Positions 40,170 to 49,634 of a stretch of DNA of 64,000 nt are shown here, one piece after another (position 1 is the first letter of the stretch; the number at the start of each line of letters is the position of its first letter). The stretch comes from Candidatus Latescibacterota bacterium. Its GTDB lineage: Bacteria; Latescibacterota; UBA2968; UBA8231. The stretch covers positions 3,456,001 to 3,520,000 of the forward strand of contig OZ242318.1 of assembly GCA_965208105.1 (NCBI GenBank), written 5' to 3'. Below the pieces are notes generated by a model that saw only the letters and a list, made by a program, of their open reading frames with translations, was not told the origin of the DNA and did not search any database. The position numbers and the translations under genes are program-made.

Positions 40170-40984
40170 GTTTTGCCATTCAGGTGAATTCCACCTCTGT
40201 CGATATCGGCGAGAAATTCTCGGAATGGTGGCCGTAGCGTCTTCCCAAAATTGGCTATCACGGTAACGGTGACTCCTTCCGAATCTGGATGTCCGACAAC
40301 CGACGTAAAGGCATAGAGATAGAGCTTGAATTCCGCAGCAGGGGTTTTCAGTGGTTTTTCTCGTTTTATCTTGTCTTTCTTGTCGAATCTGGAGGCAGGC
40401 ATAAGGATGCAATCCTTCTCATCGACGAACCCGGCTTGCACCTACATCCAATGGCTCAGCAGAAGTTAATCCGCGTTCTTGATGGGAACTTGCTTGAAAC
40501 TGCGTCTCAGATTCTGGAGGAGATTGGTCAAGAACAAGTGGCCGCGTTCGGCCTTGACGATTTGATAGTTGTCGATCTTATCCACCGTGATCAGCCTGTT
40601 TCCGACGACCTTAAACCGCGGATTATACATTTGCTGGAAAAGGGGATTATCGAGCGCGTGGGACGCGGGCGAGGCGTGCGGCTGCTACTGTCCCGACAGT
40701 TCTACCGGCACATCGGTCAGGCAGGGGTTTATACGCGCAAGCGAGGATTGGACCGCGAGACGAACAAGGAGTTGCTTCTAAAGCACATTCAGGATAACCG
40801 GAAAGAAGGGAGTCAGTTGCGGGAACTCGTTCAGGTGTTGCCAGCCCTCAAGTACGTCCAAGTTCAGAAATTACTTCAAGAGTTGAGGATTAAGGGACAG
40901 ATCCACAAAGTAGGAAATACTAGTGCTGCTCGCTGGTATCCAGGGGGACCACCGTCTGGGATTATGCCTAAAAATAAATTATAG
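40170..40984 (+). pseudogene. Chimeric remnant: OLD/ABC-ATPase fragment fused to the C-terminal wHTH part of an AlbA_2/RecG-like ATP-binding protein
   Basis: KFSEWWP*...RSRGFQWFFSFYL..LLIDEPGLHLHP with in-frame TAG at 40235-40237 and no Walker A; then IIERVGRGRG..LLSRQFY..YTRKRGLDRETNKELLLKHI. Confidence 0.6.
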
Positions 40985-41203
40985 GCCAAAAAGCATAAGT
41001 TTGGCATAACTTGGCGTTAATTAGTTTTTAACCATCTGTTTTTCCTAAGGGTTTTTCTTCATTATTTTCTGACCAAATAGTGAATCCACAGTGAAGGTGG
41101 TAATTCTTTGCCTCAGTTAGCATGGCCGGGCGGATGATGAATCATCCCCTTCCCAGGGCCCTTTGGCGCGGGTCCCCGCCGTGCGTCAGACCCCGCGGAT
41201 CGA

Positions 41204-41761
41204 TCACCCGAGATAGTGACGCCGGGTGGTTCCCTCTTCCCCAGCCCTTGGACGCTCTTCGATCAGGTCTTCGGCTGCCGCGGTGTGAAAGGAAACGACA
41301 ACCCAGTCCTCGTTTCCCATCACCCCTTGATGCCACACCCCCGCCGGGATCGAGATCCAGCGGTCCTTCAGGGGCGCATCCCGACGACTCACCAAATGGT
41401 TCGAGATCCACCTTTCTGCGAGCTTAGTCTGCAAGTCGCCCGATCCTCGGTAGGACATCATCCTCTGAATGCTGTCGGGATGGCGCTCGGCTCCCGATAC
41501 CGTGTTCCCCCGCAGCGCGAACACCCAGCTCGAGCGGATTCCCGGCGGCAGCCTTGCGCCGTAGAGGGACAGGTCGATGGATTGATAGACGAGATCCGGG
41601 GAGCGGCCGGCGGCAAGGCTCGCTTTCAGTCTGTCGGCAATCGCATCCAGCTCTTGCCGCACCGATGCCTGCTGCACCAGACTGTCGAGGCATTCCAGCA
41701 CCTGCGTTTCGCTTTCCAAGACACTCTCCCCGTATTCAGTCTCCGCAGACCAGTTCAACAT
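41204..41761 (-). CDS. Hypothetical protein, possibly cupin-like
   Basis: ERHP and WISIPAGVWHQ His motifs; GGAAGG upstream. Confidence 0.55.
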   Translation of the reverse strand: MLNWSAETEYGESVLESETQVLECLDSLVQQASVRQELDAIADRLKASLAAGRSPDLVYQSIDLSLYGARLPPGIRSSWVFALRGNTVSGAERHPDSIQRMMSYRGSGDLQTKLAERWISNHLVSRRDAPLKDRWISIPAGVWHQGVMGNEDWVVVSFHTAAAEDLIEERPRAGEEGTTRRHYLG

Positions 41762-41946
41762 CCTTCCGCGTCCTCCCGCTGCCGCCGATGGAAGGGTCGC
41801 CGACTGACCTCGATCCTGGGTTTGCTCACGCGCTTTGACGGATCAACTAACGGTGCCTTATTTTCCTGTTGGATTCCTCGCCGGGGTCGGAGAGGGCCAC
41901 GGCGACATCACCTTGTGCGATTCCAACATTATCGAGGTCGAACCCC

Positions 41947-43323
41947 ATGGCCAAATTTGCCCATGCCCTTCCTCTATCGCAAGGGAGCACTCCTGTAACC
42001 AGGCTGTTTCTGCCTCTGCTGTGCATCGCTGCCCTCGGCGGCACGGCACCGGCCCAGACCTGGCACGAAATCATTCCCCGGGAGGGTCCCGCCCCCAAGG
42101 CCCGCTACAACGCCTCGGCCCTTTACGATCCGGTCGACCACCGCATGGTCCTCTTTGGCGGCCGCACCTCGACCAGCGAGATCGAGTTGAACGACGTGTG
42201 GTCCTTTGATCTGAGCGAGGAGACCTGGACCGAGATCACCCCGGACGAAGGGCCGTCCCCGGTACCCCGCTCTACACACAACGCGGTGTACGATCCCGTC
42301 GAGCGCCGCATGCTCGTCTGGTCCGGTCAAAAGCTGAAAGGGGGTAGTGAATTCTTCAACGACGTGTGGTCCTTCGATCTCACGGAGCACACCTGGTCCT
42401 TGTTCGAGCCGCCCGACCCCAGGCCCAACGTGCGCTACGGCACGGCCGCCGTCTTCGATCCCAGGGCGCGCTCACTGGTGACCTTCGCCGGATTTACCGA
42501 CGAAGGACGCTTTGACGACACCTGGGCTTTCGACCCGGATGGAAACAGTTGGACGGATATCTCTCCTCCCGGGAGCCAGCCCCTGAAGCGCTGCCTGCAC
42601 CACGCCGTGTACGACCGCCGCGGCCACTCCATGATCATTTACGGCGGCCAGAGCGAAGGAGCGCAAAAGGACATCTGGGCCTTCGACCTCGAAGAGCACA
42701 CCTGGACCGAGCTGACCCCCGAGGACAGCCCGTCGGGACGCTGGTATGCCGCGGCCGTGTACGACGCCCGCAACCACCGCTTCCTCATGTTCGGCGGCAA
42801 CCGGGGCGGAGACGCCGGCACCACCGACGAGGTGTGGACCTTCGACCTGCAGACCAATGCCTGGACTCTGCTGCAAGCGCAGGGCGCGCCGCCGATCAAG
42901 CGCACCCGCGCCGCGGCGGTGTACGTCGAATCCGAGGACCGCATGGTCGTATTCGGCGGCGCCGAAGGCACCTCCCTGGACGATATGTGGTCCCTCGAAG
43001 GGCTCTCTCCGGCCACTGCGGTGGAGAACCAAACTCTGCGGCCGGGCGCCTTTTCCCTGGAGCAGAACTACCCCAATCCCTGCAATCCCTCGACCACCAT
43101 CCGCTACAGTTTGGCGGCGGCGGCCCAGGTGGACCTGCGCATCCATGACGTGCTCGGCCGGCCGGTGAGACATCTCGTCGGGCAGAGGCAGGAGGCCGGG
43201 GCCTACACCGCGGTCTGGGACGGAGCCGACGACAGGGGACGGCCGCTGGCCAGCGGGGTGTACTTCTATCGCCTGAGCACCGGAAAGGACAGACAGACCC
43301 GCCGCCTCGTGCTGCTGCGTTGA
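41947..43323 (+). CDS. Secreted kelch-repeat protein with C-terminal FlgD-Ig/T9SS-CTD-like domain
   Basis: Six FGG..D.W.FD kelch blades; LEQNYPNP.NPST.IRY..WDG.DD.G..LASGVYFY. Confidence 0.87.
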   Translation: MAKFAHALPLSQGSTPVTRLFLPLLCIAALGGTAPAQTWHEIIPREGPAPKARYNASALYDPVDHRMVLFGGRTSTSEIELNDVWSFDLSEETWTEITPDEGPSPVPRSTHNAVYDPVERRMLVWSGQKLKGGSEFFNDVWSFDLTEHTWSLFEPPDPRPNVRYGTAAVFDPRARSLVTFAGFTDEGRFDDTWAFDPDGNSWTDISPPGSQPLKRCLHHAVYDRRGHSMIIYGGQSEGAQKDIWAFDLEEHTWTELTPEDSPSGRWYAAAVYDARNHRFLMFGGNRGGDAGTTDEVWTFDLQTNAWTLLQAQGAPPIKRTRAAAVYVESEDRMVVFGGAEGTSLDDMWSLEGLSPATAVENQTLRPGAFSLEQNYPNPCNPSTTIRYSLAAAAQVDLRIHDVLGRPVRHLVGQRQEAGAYTAVWDGADDRGRPLASGVYFYRLSTGKDRQTRRLVLLR

Positions 43324-43390
43324 CCGCATTTGGCCCGGCATGATGGCGGCGATGTACCGCCGTTCTTCAGCAGATTTGGGAGGAATCCAC

Positions 43391-44158
43391 ATGGGACGCC
43401 CGGCCGAGCAGTACGAGCGCGACGGCTACTGGATCGCGGATGCACGGATCGTCCCCGACGAGGTGCTGGAAAAGGCTTTGCAGGGGATGGTGGCGGTGCG
43501 CGACGGCGCGTTCGACATGGAGCTGCCGCCCACCAAGCACCCCGGCTTTGATCCGGGGGTGCTGTGCAAGATCGACAATCCGCATCGTTCGGACACCGGA
43601 CTCCGTGGACTGGCGACCTGCCCGCAGGTGGGCGGCATGGTGGCCGAGATCACCGGGGCGCGGAGAGTGCAGGTGTGGGCGAGCCAGTTGCTGATCAAGC
43701 CTCCCGGGTCGGCGGCCGCGGGTCACGTGGGATGGCACCAGGACCGCCAGTACTGGCATGTGTGGCAGCATGACGAAGGCCTGTTCACCGCCTGGATCGC
43801 CCTGAGCGAGGTGAAGGAGGAGTCGGGGCCGATGCTGTTCGTGCGCGGGTCGCACCGATGGGGCTTTCTCAACCAGGGAGATTTCTACGACAAGGACCAG
43901 GGCAAGCTGCGGGATGGCATCCCGGTGCCGGCGGGCGCGGCCTGGGAAGAAGTGCCAGCCCTGATGCCCTCGGGAGGATTCAGCCTACACCACTGCCTGA
44001 CCTACCACGGCTCCAACGCCAACGTCTCGGGGGCGGCGCGCTGCAGCCTGGCGCTGCATATGCGCGACGAACGGGCGGTGCCCAAGGCCGGCGACCCGAG
44101 CTTCTACAGCTCCCACCTGGAGGATCCCCTGATGAGCCCGGTGATCTACGAAGCCTAG
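43391..44158 (+). CDS. PhyH family dioxygenase (paralog of 22022..22825)
   Basis: GWHQD, AWIALS, GSHRWG, YHGS; shared LCKI and SPVI motifs. Confidence 0.9.
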   Translation: MGRPAEQYERDGYWIADARIVPDEVLEKALQGMVAVRDGAFDMELPPTKHPGFDPGVLCKIDNPHRSDTGLRGLATCPQVGGMVAEITGARRVQVWASQLLIKPPGSAAAGHVGWHQDRQYWHVWQHDEGLFTAWIALSEVKEESGPMLFVRGSHRWGFLNQGDFYDKDQGKLRDGIPVPAGAAWEEVPALMPSGGFSLHHCLTYHGSNANVSGAARCSLALHMRDERAVPKAGDPSFYSSHLEDPLMSPVIYEA

Positions 44159-44259
44159 TCGCGGAAAAGAGCCACGTCGCGCCTGAAGGGGAGGTGAGGC
44201 GCGCCGTATTTTGCATGAACGGAATTTGGAGGCACTGAACGGTTAGTGGAAACAGAGGG

Positions 44260-44898
44260 ATGAGTATGGTCAGCAAGGACGTGGAAACCGCAAAGCAGTA
44301 TGACGAACGCTACGGGACCGGAGGATTGTATTGGAGCAGCCGCCCCTCGGCTGCGTGCTATGAAATTCTGAGGCTCATGCCGCCGGACCGGCCCGTCAGA
44401 GTGCTCGATATCGGCTGCGGCGAGGGCCGAAACGCTCTTTTCCTGGCCAGAAATGGATATCAGGTGGACGCATTCGACATTTCCCGGAAAGGGGTCGACA
44501 AAGCGGCGCGTCTTGCCGATGAGATAGGCGTCCCGATCAAGGTATATCGGGCAAATTTGGTGGAGACGAAACTCACCGAAGAGTATGACGTCCTCTTTTC
44601 GACGGGTGTCTTTCATTGTATTCCGGTCGAGCTGCGCTCGGAAATATTCGCGAACTTCAAGCAGTTTACTCGGCGGGATGGCCTCCACGTCTTCTCCGTC
44701 TTCGTGCGGAAGCCATTCATCGCTCCGGCCCCCGATGGAGACGCGAATTCCAGCCCCTGGAGATCGGGCGAATTGTTCGCCCACTACCACGATTGGAAAA
44801 TAGAGTCCTGCACCGAGGAGATCTTCGACTGCATGTCCAGCGGCGTTCCGCATCAGCATGCGGTCAACCGGTTAATAGCCAGAAAGCTGGAAGTCTGA
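44260..44898 (+). CDS. Class I SAM-dependent methyltransferase (TehB-like)
   Basis: VLDIGCGEGRNALFLA..G..V.AFDIS. Confidence 0.88.
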   Translation: MSMVSKDVETAKQYDERYGTGGLYWSSRPSAACYEILRLMPPDRPVRVLDIGCGEGRNALFLARNGYQVDAFDISRKGVDKAARLADEIGVPIKVYRANLVETKLTEEYDVLFSTGVFHCIPVELRSEIFANFKQFTRRDGLHVFSVFVRKPFIAPAPDGDANSSPWRSGELFAHYHDWKIESCTEEIFDCMSSGVPHQHAVNRLIARKLEV

Positions 44899-44968
44899 CC
44901 GCCGGACTTGTGAGAAATTGCAAGCCGAATTCGAGGATTGATCGGCGACGAAGAAAGATGAGTGGAAA

Positions 44969-45706
44969 ATGGTGGAGCGGTCCTACGATGCAGTCGTGCG
45001 CCGGGTGAAAGCAATTGCGGACCAGGGCAAGAAGACCGAGGTCCTGGGGGAGGTCGGCGGCTACCAGATTTGGGGCATCCGCGCGGGCAGTCCCCGGTGG
45101 CTGCGGGTTTTGCTCACCGGCGGGGTCCACGGCGACGAGCCGGCCGGGGTGGAGGCTGTCCTGGGCTTTGTCGAAGAGGACATGGCCCCGTGGCTCGAGC
45201 AGGTAGAGTTCACCGCGGTGCCCTGCGTCAATCCCATGGGTTACGTGCGCGACACCCGCGACAACGGGGACGGAGCGGATATCAACCGGTCTTTCGAGAA
45301 GGGCGATGTGCCCGAGGTAGAACTGGTCAAGAAGGTGCTGGAGGGATGTCGGGTGGACGCATTCGTCGACTGCCACGAGGACTGGGAGGCCGAAGGCTTC
45401 TACATGTACGAGGGCCTGCGCCAGGGCTCGGCGGTCGGTCCGGCGGTCATTGCCGAAGTGGAAAAGCGGGCTTCCATCGATCTGGACAGCGGCGAGGACA
45501 GCGAGCCTGTGTCGCGGGGGGTCTACGAGATTTCCCGGTCCTGGGGACGGGTAGGGTTTGCGCCCTATGTGCTGGACGGACACGCCTCCAGCGCATGTAT
45601 CTTCGAAACCCCGACCAAATGGCCGCTGGAGAAACGGGCGGCCGTGCACCGGCTCGGGTTGAACGCGGCCCTGCGCCAGTGGACGGGAGAACAAGTGTCC
45701 TTGTGA
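44969..45706 (+). CDS. M14-family metallocarboxypeptidase/desuccinylase-like protein
   Basis: GVHGDEPAG, NP.G, DINRSF, DCHED, FETP. Confidence 0.85.
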   Translation: MVERSYDAVVRRVKAIADQGKKTEVLGEVGGYQIWGIRAGSPRWLRVLLTGGVHGDEPAGVEAVLGFVEEDMAPWLEQVEFTAVPCVNPMGYVRDTRDNGDGADINRSFEKGDVPEVELVKKVLEGCRVDAFVDCHEDWEAEGFYMYEGLRQGSAVGPAVIAEVEKRASIDLDSGEDSEPVSRGVYEISRSWGRVGFAPYVLDGHASSACIFETPTKWPLEKRAAVHRLGLNAALRQWTGEQVSL

Positions 45707-45783
45707 ACCACGAATGAAGCGGGGCGCACCAACGCCTTTCTCCCCTACATGGGACAGAACGGCCTTTCAAACAGGAGCTTCAC

Positions 45784-46413
45784 ATGCGGGTCATTGCAAT
45801 CGGCACGGAATACACGGGCAAGACCACCCTCGTCCAGGGCATCCAGAAATGGGGCCACAAGCGAGGTGTCAGTCATCACATGGACGACCACTTTTCCATA
45901 CCCGACCAGGAAACTCTCGCGGAGCCCGCCGATCAAAAGGCCATGACCGAGTTGCCGGCGGCCATCAAGGAGCGCTTCCAGCGCTTTCAGATCGCCTACC
46001 ACGTGCGCCTTCTGCACCATTACCAGCACATCCTGCTCACGGGTTTCCACATCGAGGAAATGGTTTACGGCCAGCGCTACTACTATCCCGACCTGGCGCG
46101 CCCGGTGGAGAACCCCCAGTCATGGGAAAAGGACATGCCGGCGGACGTCATTCTGGTGCATCTCACCGCCAGGCCCGATGCCATCTCACAGCGCATGAAG
46201 GACGATCCGCACGAATATCCAATCGTGCCCGAATCTGATATCGAAGAGGTCCAGGCCGCCTTCCACGAAGAATTCGGCAAGTCGTTCCTCAAGGGAAAAT
46301 TTCAGATCGACACATCGGACCTGAACGCGGACACCTTGCTCGACGCCTTCCTCGAGCAGTCCTTTTCCCACCTCACCGCCGCCGACCACGCCATTCGATC
46401 GGCTGACGGGTGA
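45784..46413 (+). CDS. P-loop NMP/deoxynucleoside-kinase-like protein
   Basis: GTEYTGKTT at the N-terminus; LVHLTA..R lid-like segment; IDTS. Confidence 0.65.
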   Translation: MRVIAIGTEYTGKTTLVQGIQKWGHKRGVSHHMDDHFSIPDQETLAEPADQKAMTELPAAIKERFQRFQIAYHVRLLHHYQHILLTGFHIEEMVYGQRYYYPDLARPVENPQSWEKDMPADVILVHLTARPDAISQRMKDDPHEYPIVPESDIEEVQAAFHEEFGKSFLKGKFQIDTSDLNADTLLDAFLEQSFSHLTAADHAIRSADG

Positions 46414-46504
46414 CCGGGCTTCGAGCCCGGCGCTTTGGCGCGGCAGACCGCGGTGCCTTATCTTCCCGGGACCTGGAGGTGAATTGAACGGAGCAAGCCG
46501 ATCT

Positions 46505-47434
46505 ATGGAAGCAGTCAGGATGGAACCCGGCCCGCCCATCGAGGTCCCCAAACCGCTCGACCCCGGCCAGGTGCAGTCCTTCGTCGACAAGGGCTATCTC
46601 GTCGTGCCGGGCCTGATGGATGAAGCCGAGCTCGACGATCTCAAACGCGACCTGGTGGACGTGGCGCGCGGCCGCTACGAGTGCGACAACATCGAGCCGG
46701 TGGACCCCGCCATGAGCGACCAGGAGGTGCTGGAGAGCATCCTCTGCATCCACCAGCCCCACTTCGTCAGCTCGGTGATCGAAAGCTACGTCCGCCACCC
46801 CGAAATCTGCGGCGTCCTGAGCCAGATCACCGCGGCCCACCTGCCCTTCTGGGACGGCAGCGTCAAGTGCATGCAGTCCATGTACTTCGTCAAGCCGCCC
46901 AACTTCCAGGGCCAGGCCTGGCACCAGGACGAGATCTACATCCCCACCCGGGACCGCTCGCTGATCGGCGCCTGGATCGCCGTGGACGACTCCATTGTGG
47001 AAAACGGTTGCATCTACGTGATCCCCGGTTCGCACCGGCCCGGCTACCTCTACCCGCAGCGCCCTCACGAAAACCTGGACGAGTTCGACTTCGCCCCCGA
47101 GAGCTACGGCTTCGACGAGAGCGCCGAGGTCCCGGTCGAGGTGCAGGCCGGGACCGTCGTGTTCTTCAACGGCTACCTCCTCCACCGCTCCTACAAGAAC
47201 CGGGGCGGCACCTATCGCCGCGTGCTGGTCAACCACTACTGCAACGCCTATAGCCTGTTGCCCTGGTCCATCGAGGAGGGCGAGACGCCCGCCCGCGCCG
47301 ACCGCCGCACCATCGTGCCGGTGGCCGGAATCGACCCCTACGCCTGGAAGGGCTATCAGACGCCGGCCAGGTCCGTAAGTCTGCGGCACTGCAAGGCCAT
47401 CGACGAGGTCCGCGCCGCCCGCGGCAATTCCTGA
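46505..47434 (+). CDS. PhyH family dioxygenase
   Basis: FVKPP..GQAWHQDE, ENGC..VIPGSH, LLHRS..N. Confidence 0.92.
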   Translation: MEAVRMEPGPPIEVPKPLDPGQVQSFVDKGYLVVPGLMDEAELDDLKRDLVDVARGRYECDNIEPVDPAMSDQEVLESILCIHQPHFVSSVIESYVRHPEICGVLSQITAAHLPFWDGSVKCMQSMYFVKPPNFQGQAWHQDEIYIPTRDRSLIGAWIAVDDSIVENGCIYVIPGSHRPGYLYPQRPHENLDEFDFAPESYGFDESAEVPVEVQAGTVVFFNGYLLHRSYKNRGGTYRRVLVNHYCNAYSLLPWSIEEGETPARADRRTIVPVAGIDPYAWKGYQTPARSVSLRHCKAIDEVRAARGNS

Positions 47435-47710
47435 GCGTCGACCGCAGCGGCGCAGGGCCCGGCCGCCGGGCGGTCATCGAGCGCGGGTCGACCCTTCACT
47501 CCCAGGCATCGGCTTGTCGTTGTCCTCCGGTGCCGAAGCGCCGGTGCCTTCGCAGTTGTAATTCTTGGCAAACGTTTGCTTTCCTGCCCCACTGCGTTCG
47601 CCGAATCCTGGCGTGAATACCATCTCCACGTCCGCAAACTCCTCAGTGCCAACGGCTACGTCCAATCCTCTCCGGTACCGGCGAGGACGACACTGAAAGG
47701 TCCCTCCCGC

Positions 47711-47739
47711 TTGTGGCCTAGCCGCGAGCAAGCTATTAT
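47711..47739 (+). promoter_or_regulatory. Putative promoter of the ATPase-TOPRIM gene
   Basis: TTGTGG-17 nt-TATTAT; AAGGAG RBS before ATG 47817. Confidence 0.45.
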
Positions 47740-47816
47740 GAGGCAGGGCCTGCCCAGCAGTCGCTATTCGCTCCGGGATCAGCCTCGCGTTGCCCTAGCA
47801 AAAAGGAGAAGCCATC

Positions 47817-49370
47817 ATGATTGCCAATAGGCTTAAAAAGCTGTGGCCACAACTTCAAGGCAAGAAGCAGCACCTACCGCATCACCTCGATGAACTCCGA
47901 CTGTGGGGCATCCGTGGCATCCATGATCTGAGAGTAACGTTCGACTATCCCGTGAGCGTGATCGCAGGCGGTAATGCCAGCGGCAAGTCAACAGTGCTAT
48001 TTGCCGCCGCTTGCGCCTATAAGGTCCCAGGGGCCGGCGTGAGAGACTTCGTGCCCTCTACCCTCTTCCCCGACTACCGTCCAAAGCACGGTGGCCGCCA
48101 AGACGGAAGACAACTTATTACTATCGAATTTGAGTACTCGACGCCAGAAGGCCGACGTTCGATGCGCTGGCGGCGCGCTAAGGGTTGGAGCCGGAGTTTC
48201 TTCGGCCGCAAGGGTGCCGCGCAACCCGAACGCCCGGTTCACCTGCGCACCCTGACTAACCTGAGCAACCCCTCTGAAGTCCGGGGGGTGCTCAGGATGT
48301 CTCATCTCAAGGACGCCCCCGAGGAGATTCCGCTGACAGCTTCCCAGATCAGCTTCGCACAGCAAATGTTGCCGTTCACCTACTCTGATGCCGTCAAACT
48401 GTCCAGTGGGAAGAAGAACTTACTGTTCGTGGAGCAGGAAGCCGGTGCATCCTATTCCGAGCTACAGATGGCAGCGGGAGAGCGTGCTATTCTGCGGCTA
48501 TCCCAAGAAATTGCACAATTGAAAGGTGCACTCGTCTTGATAGACGAAGTGGAAGCCGGCCTTCATCCGTGGGTGCAACAGCTCCTCATGTTGCAATTGC
48601 AGCAACTTGCTCTCCGCAACGACCTACAGATCATCGTCACTTCCCATAGCCCTGTGGTACTCAACTCAGTTCCAGTCAATGGGCGAATCTTCCTCGAACG
48701 CACCGAAGACGGCCGGGTGGTGCTGCTCCCACCTCATCGAGACATTATCCAAGACGCACTTTACGGACGTTCCCACGACATGCTGAACTTGCTTTGTGAA
48801 GACGATGCTGCCGAAGGCATTCTGCATGGGGTTCTCGATCACCTTGCAATCAGTCAAGAGATCAGGAGAGAGTCGATTCGCGTTGGCCGCGACACGGGTG
48901 CGTCGGAGTTCCCAATGCACGCTGCGGCGTTTAGAAAATTCGGTTTGCTGGAAGATTTTGCGTTTGTTCTCGACGGCGATCAGCGAGCCAGTGGCCTAGA
49001 GCAAAAAATCCACGACGCCGCCGGGAGCACCAACGTGCCCGTTTTGTTTTTGCCAAGTAGCGACGCCCCGGAAATCTGGATATGGGAGCGTTTGCAACAG
49101 ACCCCCGAACGCTGGGCTAATGGCTTGGGAACCAACCCGGAAAGCCTCGCCACGAACATCAGTCGTCTGGATGCGACCTACGACTCCGCGGGAGACACGC
49201 CAGCGAACATTGCCAAGAACAAGCTCCACGATCTAGCAGCAGCACAAAATCGGCCCGCTTCCCAAGTCTGCCGTCTGATCGCACATAGCGAAGCCGCCGA
49301 CGAAGCGAGCGGCCTCCAACCACTACTGGAATCCCTGAAAGATCTCCTGCTGCAATGGCGTGCCGATTGA
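47817..49370 (+). CDS. ABC (AAA_15/21-type) ATPase fused to TOPRIM nuclease, OLD/PARIS-like
   Basis: Walker A GGNASGKS, signature MAAGE, Walker B LIDEVE, H-loop TSHS; TOPRIM LCED and DGD. Confidence 0.83.
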   Translation: MIANRLKKLWPQLQGKKQHLPHHLDELRLWGIRGIHDLRVTFDYPVSVIAGGNASGKSTVLFAAACAYKVPGAGVRDFVPSTLFPDYRPKHGGRQDGRQLITIEFEYSTPEGRRSMRWRRAKGWSRSFFGRKGAAQPERPVHLRTLTNLSNPSEVRGVLRMSHLKDAPEEIPLTASQISFAQQMLPFTYSDAVKLSSGKKNLLFVEQEAGASYSELQMAAGERAILRLSQEIAQLKGALVLIDEVEAGLHPWVQQLLMLQLQQLALRNDLQIIVTSHSPVVLNSVPVNGRIFLERTEDGRVVLLPPHRDIIQDALYGRSHDMLNLLCEDDAAEGILHGVLDHLAISQEIRRESIRVGRDTGASEFPMHAAAFRKFGLLEDFAFVLDGDQRASGLEQKIHDAAGSTNVPVLFLPSSDAPEIWIWERLQQTPERWANGLGTNPESLATNISRLDATYDSAGDTPANIAKNKLHDLAAAQNRPASQVCRLIAHSEAADEASGLQPLLESLKDLLLQWRAD

Positions 49371-49634
49371 GACCCTGCTATCGGCTTTGGCCTGCACCCC
49401 CGCGCCTATTCCGTCGCGACGGTCGGCGATGTCAGCGGCGGCGAAAGCGGCTCAACTCCTCGGCGAAACCCGACTCATCCGGTTGAAGTTCCTGCGCCAC
49501 TTGTTGCTCGCCGCAGGATTTCCAGAAGGAAGCCGAAATGAACAATCTACCTGGACCGCGTACTTGGCTCGACGACCCCAGATGTCATCTATCGCGCCGA
49601 CCATTTTGACGAAGCGATTCCTACGTTAAGAAAA

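Noticed and set aside
47434-47817. Retron ncRNA upstream of the ATPase-TOPRIM gene
   Set aside because: No reverse transcriptase in the window and no convincing a1/a2 repeats.
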